IMG/VR virus record: IMGVR_UViG_3300024520_000458
Location: 1-25,437 of that record
Reading direction: 5' to 3' (one strand)
DNA length: 25,437 nt
Origin: a virus
Lineage: Duplodnaviria; Caudoviricetes
The position numbers and the translations under genes are program-made. The notes beneath the pieces were generated by a model. The model saw nothing but the letters and a program-made list of their open reading frames with translations. It searched no databases and was not told the DNA's origin. The stretch's first letter is position 1. Each line of letters begins with the position of its first letter. Shown piece by piece: positions 14,637-24,216 of the stretch.

Positions 14637-16981
14637 CGCTCAAACCTCACTTTGTACCACTTTTCCTCGGGAGATAGGTCTAGGTCGAAAAAGTCGAACT
14701 TGAAGCCGCTCTTCCCGCCAGATGCCTCTGCTGCTTCGCCCACCCTGCGTGTCATGTGCGGAACGAACAGCGGCTCTCCTAGTTCGAAGATAGTCTCTCT
14801 GGGAATCCCCGCCTGTCTCCCGACAACGTCTAGGATCCCCTGGACTCTTTGTATTTCGACAGGGTCTAGGCCTTTCTGGGTCAGAGCCTCGACATCCCCC
14901 CTGATATTCTCGATCACCTCGTCTGTGACCTCTTCCCCTGGAAGGACAGACGCCTCCAGGTCGGCAAACACCTGAGCCTTTTTCCTCTCGGACTGGGTCG
15001 CTGCTCTCATGCGTGGGAGCTCGAGCGTCTTCCCTGTGTAGCCGTTGTGCCTAGCCGCTACCAGCGCCTTCGCTTCAATCCTGTCGGCCCAGGCCTTGAA
15101 CCCGTGATTGGGGTCAAACACAAGGCTCCACGCGTCGGTGTTACCCCTGATGCCTCCGGCCAACTCCTGATCGCCAGCGGAAGGGGCGCCAAGGTTGAAG
15201 CCTACGAAGGTTTCCATATCAGCCCCAGATTGAAGGCTGCGTAGCTCCTGGTAGGCCTTCGATCTTGTGATTGCCAACTCCCCGCCGTATGTGTTCCGAG
15301 CGATAATGATTCTGTCCTGAACCCATCGGGCGTTTTCGGCTGCCTTAATCAGGGCAGAGACCTCCTTACGCTCTGGGTTCTTTGGATCCATTGTCCAAGG
15401 AGTTCCGTCCTTGTTCTTGTAGACGCCTCCTGAAGGGCTGCCCATGCCAAAGATGACGCCGCCCGGCCACCCCTTCGTTTGAGCTTCCGTGAGTTCGGTC
15501 TGTGCAGCTACTAGCCCAAGCCGCTTCTCCGCCGTTTTGGTAGCTGCCTCGTCCTTCTCGGAAGGTGCTAGCCCCTGCGCTTTCTGCATGTGGCCCGCCC
15601 ACTTGTCGTACTGCTTCTGACTCATAGGCGCCGTAGGAATAGCAGGGTGCCCGTCTGGAAGTCGTAAGTGTGCCTGCCACGCCTGAGGGGAGTGAGTTAC
15701 ATCACCGCCACCTCCTGTGCCGCGCCTTGATGCCTTAGCTGCCTGTGCAAGCTTCAGCTTTGCCGATGCCTCTTTCTCTGCGATCTCTGCATCAGCCTTA
15801 AGGGTTTTAATCTTGAGGTCAGCGGTCTCTTTCGCCTCTTTGCGGCGTTGCTGCTTGAAGGCTGTCGCTGCCGCAGCCATCCCAGCCTGCATCTCTCGCT
15901 TGTGCGCCTCCTTCTGTAGAGCCTGTGTGCCCTCAGGGTCTAGCGCTGCGACCTGATTGTTGATGTCTGCCTCGATACCGGCGAGCATCGTTAGCTTGGC
16001 GCCGTGCACTGCCGACGCCATGCTGCCCGTCTCTTTGTAGAGTTGACTCACAAGGCCTTGCTCATCCTGTAGGAGGCCTCGGTCCTGCTCTAAATTGTAC
16101 TTCTGCGTTTCGATGTCTCTGTCAATCTCCTTGGAGATGAGGTCAAAGGTCGCGTTCCCGCCCTTGCCGCTGATGAGCCCTAGTTGCCCGTCGCCGATGG
16201 CAGAGAACAGGAGGGCTAGCTTCTGGCCTGCACTGCGACTGCTCCACCATCGGTCTTTGTCCACGCCCTTCTTGCCAAGTTCCCTCGTCCTATGAATCAG
16301 ATCCTCGGTGTCTTTCTTGAACACTCGGTGAGTGTCTTCGATGATCTCGAGTTCTCCCTGCGCTGCTGCGATCCGGTCCTGATTGACCTTTGACTCCATC
16401 TTTCGGCGCACGGCATCGTGCTCCCGCTGCCTGTCGAACATCGCCTGTGCTAGAGCCATGTTGCTGTAGTCGCCAGGGTCCTCGGGAGTGGGGCCGGCGT
16501 CGGGAGCGAACTCAACGTCCATCGGCTGTTCATCCCACGGCGCAGGGGCATACTCAGCAGCATACTCAGCAGCGTAGTCCTCCCCTTCAGGGCCGGGCAA
16601 GAAGACCTCTTCAGGCTCGGGCCCGAAGTCGATGACGTCAGGGGCCCCGCTGATAGCGTCTGGCAGGAAGTCGGGAGTCCAGTCGGGGCCCGCAGCTCCT
16701 GAGACAGCGTCGGGTTCAACAAAGGACGAGATCACGTTCCCCTCTGGGGCCATCGGTGCCACAGCTTCAGCGTCAGCAATCATTGCCGCCTCGTGCTCAG
16801 CAGCAAAAGCAGCAGCCTCCTGTGCCTGCTTGTCAGCGATGAAGCCCTCAGCACTCGGCAGTTCAAGATCGACAACAGGGATTTCATCCCCGGAATAGGG
16901 GTCATACTCAACGGCTGACGTCATGTCGTTGAGGTACTGCGCCGGATCTAGGGCCTCGTCACTGAATAGATCGTCCGGCAT
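14633..16981 (-). CDS. Internal virion (ejection) protein, 782 aa
   Basis: Acidic Pro-rich N-terminus, hydrophobic patch KLALLFSAIG, long coiled coils; podoviral gene order. Confidence 0.7.
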   Translation of the reverse strand: MPDDLFSDEALDPAQYLNDMTSAVEYDPYSGDEIPVVDLELPSAEGFIADKQAQEAAAFAAEHEAAMIADAEAVAPMAPEGNVISSFVEPDAVSGAAGPDWTPDFLPDAISGAPDVIDFGPEPEEVFLPGPEGEDYAAEYAAEYAPAPWDEQPMDVEFAPDAGPTPEDPGDYSNMALAQAMFDRQREHDAVRRKMESKVNQDRIAAAQGELEIIEDTHRVFKKDTEDLIHRTRELGKKGVDKDRWWSSRSAGQKLALLFSAIGDGQLGLISGKGGNATFDLISKEIDRDIETQKYNLEQDRGLLQDEQGLVSQLYKETGSMASAVHGAKLTMLAGIEADINNQVAALDPEGTQALQKEAHKREMQAGMAAAATAFKQQRRKEAKETADLKIKTLKADAEIAEKEASAKLKLAQAAKASRRGTGGGGDVTHSPQAWQAHLRLPDGHPAIPTAPMSQKQYDKWAGHMQKAQGLAPSEKDEAATKTAEKRLGLVAAQTELTEAQTKGWPGGVIFGMGSPSGGVYKNKDGTPWTMDPKNPERKEVSALIKAAENARWVQDRIIIARNTYGGELAITRSKAYQELRSLQSGADMETFVGFNLGAPSAGDQELAGGIRGNTDAWSLVFDPNHGFKAWADRIEAKALVAARHNGYTGKTLELPRMRAATQSERKKAQVFADLEASVLPGEEVTDEVIENIRGDVEALTQKGLDPVEIQRVQGILDVVGRQAGIPRETIFELGEPLFVPHMTRRVGEAAEASGGKSGFKFDFFDLDLSPEEKWYKVRFER

Positions 16982-17679
16982 TACTTACCCTTGCCTATCC
17001 CACGCCACTTCGCGAGGTCGGTAACCCACTGTGTTACTTTCTCAGCGCCGGTAGGCTGGCCTATAGCCCCACTGTAGAGCTGCTCGTAGGCCCCGAGCGA
17101 TTGGCCCTGAGACCCTAGCTGACTAGAGAGTTCCTGCTGCCGTTGCTGCATGAGCATGTTAGCCAGACTCTGCTGGGCTGCCTGGCGCTCCTGAATGCCC
17201 GCTGTGGCCTGTTGCCCGGCCAGCCCTGCTCCTTGCCTCGCTGCGTTCATCGCCGCTTGACGGGCCGCCATTGCTGCGTTACCAGGTCTAGCGCCTGCCG
17301 CCATACTCTGCTGGGCTGCCTGATTCTGCTGCAGCGAGTTCTGAAGGTTCTGAGCAGAGACTGATTCCTGGCCTCGGGCGATTCGGCGTAGGTAGTCGCG
17401 CTCTGTGTTGGCCTCGCCTCCGAGCGATTGGAACTGATCGTAGGATGTCGCAGCCCGCCCGCCGACAGTGCCAGCTTGCTCTCTGAGTTGATTAGCCTCC
17501 TCCTTGCCGCGAGTCGTGGCGTCGTCGTACCACTCGGCAATATCTTTGACACCCTCAACGGCTCCGCTGGCAGCGCGCTTCCCCAGGCCGTACAGGCGAT
17601 CGAACACCGTGCCGGGTGTACCTTCGGCGCCGTGCTGAAGCCTTCTGATGTTGTTGTTCCGCTGATTACCGAGTCCCAT
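16981..17679 (-). CDS. Small ejection/pilot protein, Gln/Ala-rich
   Basis: Q/A-rich helical sequence directly after the nozzle gene; GGAG RBS. Confidence 0.65.
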   Translation of the reverse strand: MGLGNQRNNNIRRLQHGAEGTPGTVFDRLYGLGKRAASGAVEGVKDIAEWYDDATTRGKEEANQLREQAGTVGGRAATSYDQFQSLGGEANTERDYLRRIARGQESVSAQNLQNSLQQNQAAQQSMAAGARPGNAAMAARQAAMNAARQGAGLAGQQATAGIQERQAAQQSLANMLMQQRQQELSSQLGSQGQSLGAYEQLYSGAIGQPTGAEKVTQWVTDLAKWRGIGKGK

Positions 17680-17689
17680 GATCGACTCC

Positions 17690-20683
17690 TTACTGCTTCT
17701 GTGTTGCTGGCAGAGCTACTGCCGTCTTCTTGAGCGCTACATCAAGGCTGAGCGCCGTTAGGTTGAATGCTGCTGTGATAGGGGCTGACGCCGCGCCTAC
17801 TGCTTGCGCTGTAATGCGGACCTTAATTGCCTGGCACTTAGGGCGAGAGGGCCCGACGCGTAACTGCAGGGGCCCGTTGACTGTTGTAGGGCTGATTGTC
17901 CAAGTCTTATCGTCTACGTATGTGGCTCCCGCTGCCGTCTGAGCGTAGTCGTAGGCGATTCTCACTCGCATGTCACAGGCTGCCAGGTACTCGCCGAGCA
18001 CGAGAATCCCGCGCACTAGCTTGTAGCCCTGATGCCCAGCCAGAGCGATCCATCCCGTCTCAACGTCAAGCGCTGGAAGGTCGCCTGCCCCTGAGTGAGT
18101 GGCAGCCTGAGCCAACAACCCGTCTTCGGTTGAGTTGACGTAGTGATGCAGCCCCCCGAACATGCAAGCCGAAGCGCTCGAGATACCCCAGACAGACCAC
18201 TCGTTGACAAGGTAGTCCCACATCAGAGTACGGTTGTCGGTAACGATGCGCACCTGATGCTGAGACTCCATCGAGTGAGCAGAGACAATCGTGTCATCGT
18301 CGAAGTCTGCAACTGCCCCGCCGACGTAGGTAGACTGCCAGCCGTGATTGAGGAGGTACCAACCCTTGGAGCTCTTGTAGAGAAGTCCCTTCGGAGTGAG
18401 CACGATGCCCTCAGCACTGATAGCTCCCAGGTCGCTACTTAGGACTCTGCCCGGCCCGTAGTTGACGCCGCCTGCAGCATTGTCAAACCCGTCGTTACTC
18501 AGGGCATAGATGGCAGTCTCCTTGAACGCGATCATCGTCTCGTTTAGGAAGTCGATCCCTGAGATTGGCCCCCCTGCAGGAGGTAGGTCAACGAAGAGGA
18601 TCTCGTTGAATGAGGCTATCTCGCTGTCACCTCTCAGCCGTGAGTAGACAACCCTGTGAGGGTTCGCGGGGATTCCCGCTAAGATGACTCGGTCCTGTGT
18701 CGATGCGATGATGGTGGCAGGAGGAGGAGGCAGGTTTGCGAGCGTCAGTCCCCCGTTCTCAGGGAAGGGCTCAAGCTTGATTAGATCATCGTCGTCCATG
18801 TCATCGTCCGGCGATGTGATGAGTGAAGACGTTGGATCATTCTCGACGTAGCCGTTATCCCCAGTTGCGGAGGGGTCCTTGCTGTTGATCAGGAAGTAAG
18901 GGGCGTTCACAGCTGCTGCTGCGATCTGCCGGAAGTACTCGATTGCCACCTCTCCCGCTGCGCCTGTCTTGGCAGTGATGTGCAGCGGAAGCGTCGTGTT
19001 AAACGACATCTTCTCGTTGACTACCGTTTGCTCTGTGATCGTCGCTGTAGTGCTGCGTTCAAACTCCCCTTTGACGTTGTACCAAGAGACGACCTGGATA
19101 TAGTTGTATTTGCCGTTAGGGTTGCCGCCTGAGCCTGAGGCCGACGCGCCGAACGAGTAGGGGAAGTTGTGAAAGCCAACCTCAACAAGGTTGCTCCCGT
19201 CGAACTGAGAGATGAAGCCCCCGGCAATGTAGAGGGCCGCGCCGAGCTCTGTAGTACGTCGGGCACTGGCATGATCGAAGGTGAACACAATCTGCTGAGG
19301 CGACTGAGCGGCGTAGCCCTTCTGTCCTTCACCCAGAGGGATGATGCGTCGTCTGATGCCGCACCACTCCCAGATGTTGCCTGAGGTGTTAGTCACAGAA
19401 GGAAGGGCTCCTGCGTCGGTTGCGTGACCCCCCGCAGTGCTGTTCACGGCCTTCGCTGCGATGTGCCCGTCTGAGCGGTAGAGGAAGTATGTGTTCTGCA
19501 GCTGCGCGGTCAGGATGCCATCGCTAGCGGACCCGAAGACAAGCCACAGATAGATGCTGCCGTCGTGACTGAAGGCGTGTGACGCGATGCTAGCCCGTCT
19601 TACCAGGGTTGCCTCGCTGCCCGTGGAGCCCGCGTTGTCGGTCGTATTCCACTCGGTGATGAAGTTCGCAGAGGTGACAGGTGTAGTTGTCGTACTCCAG
19701 AAGACGGAACACGTATTCGAGTCGTTGTAGGCCGAAGTGATTTGAAGGATTGTCGCGGGGGCTGTCCCTACTGCCGTGGCCGCTGCTACGTCGGCGAACG
19801 TCGTAGAGTTGAGAATGTCGGATTCTACCGTCGTCGTTGTGTCATCTCGAGACACGCAGATCCGGGTCGTAGTCGTCGGGTCGTGAGACACGCTGATGCA
19901 AGAGACAGCGTTGCCCGTCTTGACAGTGGCAGAGCTAAACCCTGTCGAGCCATCCATCAAGTACATGTTGTAGTTGGCATTGCGCGCTATCGCTACAACG
20001 ACGTCCTCGGTGTTCGCCAGGCTCAGAGCGATGTCGTAGGCCACCCATAGTGTTACCGCTACCGAGTCCTCAGAAGGCGAGCTGAGGTCCCCGGCAGGGT
20101 CGTACTGCCGCGTGTACATGATGTCGTTGAGTTGATCGATGTAGAACAGGTAGATCTTGGAGGCCGTAGCAATCAGGCGAGGCCTCACAGCCCCCGTTAG
20201 AATGCTCTGAGTGCTCAGCTTGACGGCTCCTGTTGCCGTGTCTACGCCTGCCACGAAGGAGCGTGTGCCCCCTCCGATTGTGTCCTCAGCCCAACAGTAC
20301 AGCGTCACCCCTAGGAGGCTCGCCATGTCGGTATCGTACTGTTCGCCAGTCGTAACGAAGCGCCCAGTCTCCTCGGTCTTGACTGCCAGGTAGTCGCCTC
20401 GGTCGGTCCAAAGCCCGTCACTGCTGGCGTAGCTCCAAATCTTGTCTTTAGAGAATGCGACGAGTTGATCGGCGTAGGGTACGATCTTCCTGATGTCGTC
20501 GATAGTGTTGCCGGCTGCGTCAGTGATTGCCTGATACTGAGGGCGCTGCTGCATGCCGCCAATGTCGTCAAACTGCGCATCTTCGCAGAGCGTCAGCCCC
20601 GGAGGCTGCAGGGCCTTCTCATCGGTCTTTGTGTCGAGGCCACCCGCTAGAGGGATGTCGACTATTTGCCTAGGCTCGGCCAT
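17690..20683 (-). CDS. Tail nozzle / tail tubular protein B-like (P22 gp10 / T7 gp12 position), about 997 aa
   Basis: GGLDTKTD N-terminus, beta-propeller-like repeats, SDLGAIS, KGLLYKSSKGWYLL, VETGWI. Start moved to ATG 20683. Confidence 0.8.
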   Translation of the reverse strand: MAEPRQIVDIPLAGGLDTKTDEKALQPPGLTLCEDAQFDDIGGMQQRPQYQAITDAAGNTIDDIRKIVPYADQLVAFSKDKIWSYASSDGLWTDRGDYLAVKTEETGRFVTTGEQYDTDMASLLGVTLYCWAEDTIGGGTRSFVAGVDTATGAVKLSTQSILTGAVRPRLIATASKIYLFYIDQLNDIMYTRQYDPAGDLSSPSEDSVAVTLWVAYDIALSLANTEDVVVAIARNANYNMYLMDGSTGFSSATVKTGNAVSCISVSHDPTTTTRICVSRDDTTTTVESDILNSTTFADVAAATAVGTAPATILQITSAYNDSNTCSVFWSTTTTPVTSANFITEWNTTDNAGSTGSEATLVRRASIASHAFSHDGSIYLWLVFGSASDGILTAQLQNTYFLYRSDGHIAAKAVNSTAGGHATDAGALPSVTNTSGNIWEWCGIRRRIIPLGEGQKGYAAQSPQQIVFTFDHASARRTTELGAALYIAGGFISQFDGSNLVEVGFHNFPYSFGASASGSGGNPNGKYNYIQVVSWYNVKGEFERSTTATITEQTVVNEKMSFNTTLPLHITAKTGAAGEVAIEYFRQIAAAAVNAPYFLINSKDPSATGDNGYVENDPTSSLITSPDDDMDDDDLIKLEPFPENGGLTLANLPPPPATIIASTQDRVILAGIPANPHRVVYSRLRGDSEIASFNEILFVDLPPAGGPISGIDFLNETMIAFKETAIYALSNDGFDNAAGGVNYGPGRVLSSDLGAISAEGIVLTPKGLLYKSSKGWYLLNHGWQSTYVGGAVADFDDDTIVSAHSMESQHQVRIVTDNRTLMWDYLVNEWSVWGISSASACMFGGLHHYVNSTEDGLLAQAATHSGAGDLPALDVETGWIALAGHQGYKLVRGILVLGEYLAACDMRVRIAYDYAQTAAGATYVDDKTWTISPTTVNGPLQLRVGPSRPKCQAIKVRITAQAVGAASAPITAAFNLTALSLDVALKKTAVALPATQKQ

Positions 20684-20684
20684 T

Positions 20685-21020
20685 CTAGAACACCCACGCG
20701 TCCACAGTAACCGTACGGCCATAGCCAGAAGCCTTGAGAACAACATACTTATCAGGGTCAAACTGGGAATCCTCCACAACCTCAATCCGGCCCGATGTCG
20801 AAGGACCGATAGGGGGTGAGGCCAGCAGGGTTACCCTTCGCCCGATCCTGTGTGCTATCGGCGTGTTCGTAGCGTCTTCAAGCTCAATCGCTCGGATTCT
20901 GTACCCTCCCAGGATGGAGATGGACACAAGCTCTCTGATGCGGTCGTCGAAGTTTCGAAGAATGCGATCAGTCTCGCTCATCACTCGGAAGATGAGGGGG
21001 GCTATGTACTTCCTAGGCAC
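20685..21020 (-). CDS. Small tail-associated structural protein
   Basis: Lies between adaptor and nozzle; IAHRIGR motif and beta-rich C-terminus ending WVF. Confidence 0.65.
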   Translation of the reverse strand: MPRKYIAPLIFRVMSETDRILRNFDDRIRELVSISILGGYRIRAIELEDATNTPIAHRIGRRVTLLASPPIGPSTSGRIEVVEDSQFDPDKYVVLKASGYGRTVTVDAWVF

Positions 21021-21739
21021 TAGTAGATGTACTCCCCGCCGATGTAGCCAGAGTTGCCTAGGCCGTCACCGTCGAAGCGGTTGCTTCCTTCGCCATGCAC
21101 GTAGCGACGCTTCGGAGTGTAGAGCTCTCGCTGCATTGCCCACTCTTTGACCCGTTCGCGCCAGAACTCTACTCTGCGCTCGAAGTAGGGCGTCAGGTCA
21201 TGCTCTTCTTTGATAGCCCCGACGAGCGCCAGGGAGTAAACGAAGAAAGCCTCACCGGCTGGGATGACAACGTCAATCAGCTCCTTGTCGCCCGCGTCTG
21301 AGATGTCGGCAGGCTGAGGGACGAAGACAATCTCGTAGGTCTGCCCGCCCGAGGGAGGAGGCCCAAACTTGATGTTCTGCCCTATGAGTTGGTATGCGAC
21401 AGACTGGCCCGAGGCCTGTGTGCCTGTGAAGTAGTTACGCTCCTGGGCGAGCATCGGCACAAGTTCAATCTTCTGCCCATCACCCTGAACGTAGTCGATT
21501 CCTACCATCGCCAAGAAGTCGCTCGGCACTAGGTACTCGTTCTGTCCTGTGACTGTCGTGAGTGTCGAGGTCTTCTCGAAGTAGCGCATACCACTGTCGA
21601 TTAACTCCCCGTCAAACTCACTCTTGATTGTGGAAAGCTCTTCCTTCCACTCAGCAGCCGAGAGCACATCTCTATTCTCCTGATCGCAACGTCTGCGACC
21701 GCGAGTGATTAAGTCCAATACTGAAAACTTACGAGGCAT
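21020..21739 (-). CDS. Head-tail adaptor / tail tubular protein A-like
   Basis: LITRGRRRCDQ, TVTGQNEYLVPSDF, YQLIGQNIKFGPPP. Start moved to ATG 21739 (AGGAG RBS). Confidence 0.8.
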   Translation of the reverse strand: MPRKFSVLDLITRGRRRCDQENRDVLSAAEWKEELSTIKSEFDGELIDSGMRYFEKTSTLTTVTGQNEYLVPSDFLAMVGIDYVQGDGQKIELVPMLAQERNYFTGTQASGQSVAYQLIGQNIKFGPPPSGGQTYEIVFVPQPADISDAGDKELIDVVIPAGEAFFVYSLALVGAIKEEHDLTPYFERRVEFWRERVKEWAMQRELYTPKRRYVHGEGSNRFDGDGLGNSGYIGGEYIY

Positions 21740-21756
21740 GCTCTCGACTCCTAGGG

Positions 21757-22122
21757 TTAGAGGCCAGTGTGCGAGAAGGCCACTCGGACCGTCACCCACT
21801 CAAGGGCTGCGAGGTCGTGCGAGGCGTCAGCGGCGTTGTAGACTCCGAAGGCCAACGTAGTGCCCCCCGCAGTGAACGCTCCGAAGACTACAGTGTGACC
21901 TGCCAGGTCGCCGATAGTAGTAGCTTGCAGAGAGGCAGTTGCCCCCTTGAAGTTACCAGGGGCATCGCTCCAAGTGAGCAAGTAGTCCCCCGTGTCGGTT
22001 CGGGAGACAGCAATCCCCTCCCCGCTCACCTTTGTGATCGCTGAAGCCCCACCAACGGCGAGGCACACATGTTCAATCAGTTCGGGCGCGTTGGCTTTTA
22101 CTGGAAATGCATCTAATGACAT
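21757..22122 (-). CDS. Small virion protein (possible capsid decoration/fibre)
   Basis: GIAVSRTDTGDYLLTW beta motif; AAAGGAG RBS; located in the head gene cluster. Confidence 0.65.
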   Translation of the reverse strand: MSLDAFPVKANAPELIEHVCLAVGGASAITKVSGEGIAVSRTDTGDYLLTWSDAPGNFKGATASLQATTIGDLAGHTVVFGAFTAGGTTLAFGVYNAADASHDLAALEWVTVRVAFSHTGL

Positions 22123-22141
22123 AGTTGTCTCCTTTCAAGTA

Positions 22142-22169
22142 TCGAGGGGCAACAGGTGCTACCCCTCGA
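22142..22169 (-). other. Intergenic RNA hairpin, copy 2
   Basis: TCGAGGGGTAGC-ACCT-GTTGCCCCTCGA: 12-bp stem with two G-U pairs; no U tract. Confidence 0.7.
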
Positions 22170-22174
22170 AGGTC

Positions 22175-22924
22175 TTAACGCTCGTAGTACCCGATCTCGA
22201 ATTCAAACGAGGTCGCGGCAGTCTGCGAGGTTGCGTAGAACGACATCACTAGTTGATCCGTTGGACCCAGGATGACGGGGGCGACAGGAATCACCTGACG
22301 ACTGATGAGGGTGCCTTCGAAGAGGCTGCCAGCGCCTCCCTTAACATCCCCGCCGAAGTCGAAGAGGAACTCATCGCCCACTACAGAGATGACGGGCCGG
22401 AGCACGCCATTGGCTACCTGACGAACATCAGACGTAGCTGCAGCAGTTACCAGGGCTCCCACATAGAGTGTGGAGTTAGGTGTGCCGCTGCTGTCCATGT
22501 TCGGATTGACGGGCACAACTGCTGCGCCCCCCGAGGTGTAGCGAGATGTGCCTGAGTCCAGATTGATCGTGTACAGACAGTCAGTGCCGTTGGTACCGGC
22601 CACGGTTGTCTGCAGCTTGATGTAGTCCATATACAGGCGCGTCGCGTTGTCACCGCTGCTGTTGTTGCGTAGGTGGATCAGCGTCTCAAGAGCCGAGAAA
22701 GCGCCAGTGGCGGCGATTCCTGCGACACCTGTGCCGGGCGTAGGGTTGGTAGCGATGAAGTATGACCCCTCGTCGGAAAGAGCCATACGACCCTTCGCAA
22801 TCGAGTGAGTATATAGCTCTCCACGCTTGGAACACCTTAGAGGGGCGGGCGTCGATTCACTTCGAGCGCCGCTGGGGAGGTCTCGGTGTACTTCTCCCCA
22901 CTGTTTTCTATCTTCTAGAGCCAT
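22175..22924 (-). CDS. Virion structural protein (possible capsid decoration/minor capsid)
   Basis: Beta-rich, directly downstream of the MCP; GGAAAGG RBS. Confidence 0.65.
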   Translation of the reverse strand: MALEDRKQWGEVHRDLPSGARSESTPAPLRCSKRGELYTHSIAKGRMALSDEGSYFIATNPTPGTGVAGIAATGAFSALETLIHLRNNSSGDNATRLYMDYIKLQTTVAGTNGTDCLYTINLDSGTSRYTSGGAAVVPVNPNMDSSGTPNSTLYVGALVTAAATSDVRQVANGVLRPVISVVGDEFLFDFGGDVKGGAGSLFEGTLISRQVIPVAPVILGPTDQLVMSFYATSQTAATSFEFEIGYYER

Positions 22925-22947
22925 TTGATTGGACCTTTCCTAGGAGT

Positions 22948-22975
22948 AGGCCGGGCAGCAGTTGCTACCCCGCCT
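22948..22975 (-). other. Intergenic RNA hairpin, copy 1
   Basis: AGGCGGGGTAGC-AACT-GCTGCCCGGCCT: 12-position stem with one mismatch; no U tract. Confidence 0.7.
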
Positions 22976-22980
22976 GTGGG

Positions 22981-24180
22981 TTAGATGGAGAAGACGCCGT
23001 TACAAGCGGTGTCGTTGCCAATGAGGTTTGACATGCTTCGAATACGAGCCTCGATGCCGTCAGCAGAAGTCTGCCTGAGCGTCGGTCGCCCATCGTCGGT
23101 GATCACGTGAATGAACGCCTTCAGATGTTTGATGTAGTTCGTAGACTGATTGAGCACGTAGCCTCGGTTCGTAGGGCAATCGGCATCGGAGTAACATTTC
23201 AAAGTACCCGCTGGGGAGTGGATCTTGAAGTACTCGAAACCGTAGTTAGCAGTTCCGCCACCGTCGTCAAACTCGACCTTGGCATTGAGGCGACGAATCA
23301 CCTGCCAGTAGTTGATCGGGTTCAACACGAGGGTGTCAGAGCGCTTGCCGTTCTGAGCGATGTTGACAGCGACAAGGCCCGCGTTCTCCTCGATTGACGT
23401 AGCAGTATCATCGATACGTACGCCGCTCAAGAGTTCAACAGCCTGGCCTCGGTCGACGCCACGGAACGAGTCAGACTCGAAGACCGGAGCAGTCAGAGGG
23501 TACAGGTCGGCAAGTCCATCCATGCACGTAGCAGGGTCGCCCAACCTAAATAAATAGTCATTGTCGGCGAAGGAGATCAGAGCTGCAGCCGATACCAAAG
23601 TGATAGTGCCCGAGCTCTGATCGAACGCTTCGACCTTGGTAGAGCCTGAACGAGCAGACGAGCCGTCAGCGTTAGCTGAAGCGATGACCGTCATGCCTAC
23701 CTTGAAGTTTCGGACGTCGTCAGCGACACTCAATGTGATGATATCGGTTGATGCGCTCGAACGACGCCCACGCTGACCGTTGCCAGCTCGGAAGAAGTCG
23801 AAGCCCAAGGTGTCACCCATCGCTTCGATCACGCCGTCAGTTTCCTGAGTAACGAGGTCGAGGAAGGCAGACTTGGAACCCTCGGCCGCTGCCATCGATT
23901 CACCGTCTACAGTGATGACACCGTATTTGATAGAGCGACTAGCTGCGTACTGTTCACCCTTGGAGGTTTCAGCAGCAGTCTGAGCGTCGGCGAAGGTACC
24001 GGAGATACCCTGCGGGTTTCCGTATCGTGCGGGGTAGTGAAAAGTAACGCCGCCAAAGCCGCCTTCTTTGGAGCATTTCGACAGGGTTGGGTGATAGCGC
24101 ATTGCCATGTCCCCGACCTTTTTGTCTGAGTAGAGTCGCTTGTAGATGTATGCGACTGTTGTTAGTGAGCCACTGGCCAT
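22981..24180 (-). CDS. Major capsid protein
   Basis: 399 aa, directly after the scaffold; YGNPQGISGTFADAQ, FRGVDR and DADCP motifs typical of HK97-fold podoviral MCPs; GAAGGA RBS. Confidence 0.85.
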   Translation of the reverse strand: MASGSLTTVAYIYKRLYSDKKVGDMAMRYHPTLSKCSKEGGFGGVTFHYPARYGNPQGISGTFADAQTAAETSKGEQYAASRSIKYGVITVDGESMAAAEGSKSAFLDLVTQETDGVIEAMGDTLGFDFFRAGNGQRGRRSSASTDIITLSVADDVRNFKVGMTVIASANADGSSARSGSTKVEAFDQSSGTITLVSAAALISFADNDYLFRLGDPATCMDGLADLYPLTAPVFESDSFRGVDRGQAVELLSGVRIDDTATSIEENAGLVAVNIAQNGKRSDTLVLNPINYWQVIRRLNAKVEFDDGGGTANYGFEYFKIHSPAGTLKCYSDADCPTNRGYVLNQSTNYIKHLKAFIHVITDDGRPTLRQTSADGIEARIRSMSNLIGNDTACNGVFSI

Positions 24181-24216
24181 TTGAGAATTCCTTCTGCAAT
24201 CGCCGCGCTCCTACGT

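Noticed and set aside
16548-16571. 12-bp tandem repeat (EYAA x2)
   Set aside because: Ordinary in-frame slippage in a low-complexity region.
20684-20785. Track start of the 1031-aa ORF, and similar 5' extensions at 281, 2822, 6692, 8370, 9201 and 21799
   Set aside because: They overlap upstream genes; downstream starts give stop/start coupling or an RBS.
22142-22975. Calling the two hairpins intrinsic terminators
   Set aside because: No U tract follows on either strand; kept as hairpins of unknown function.
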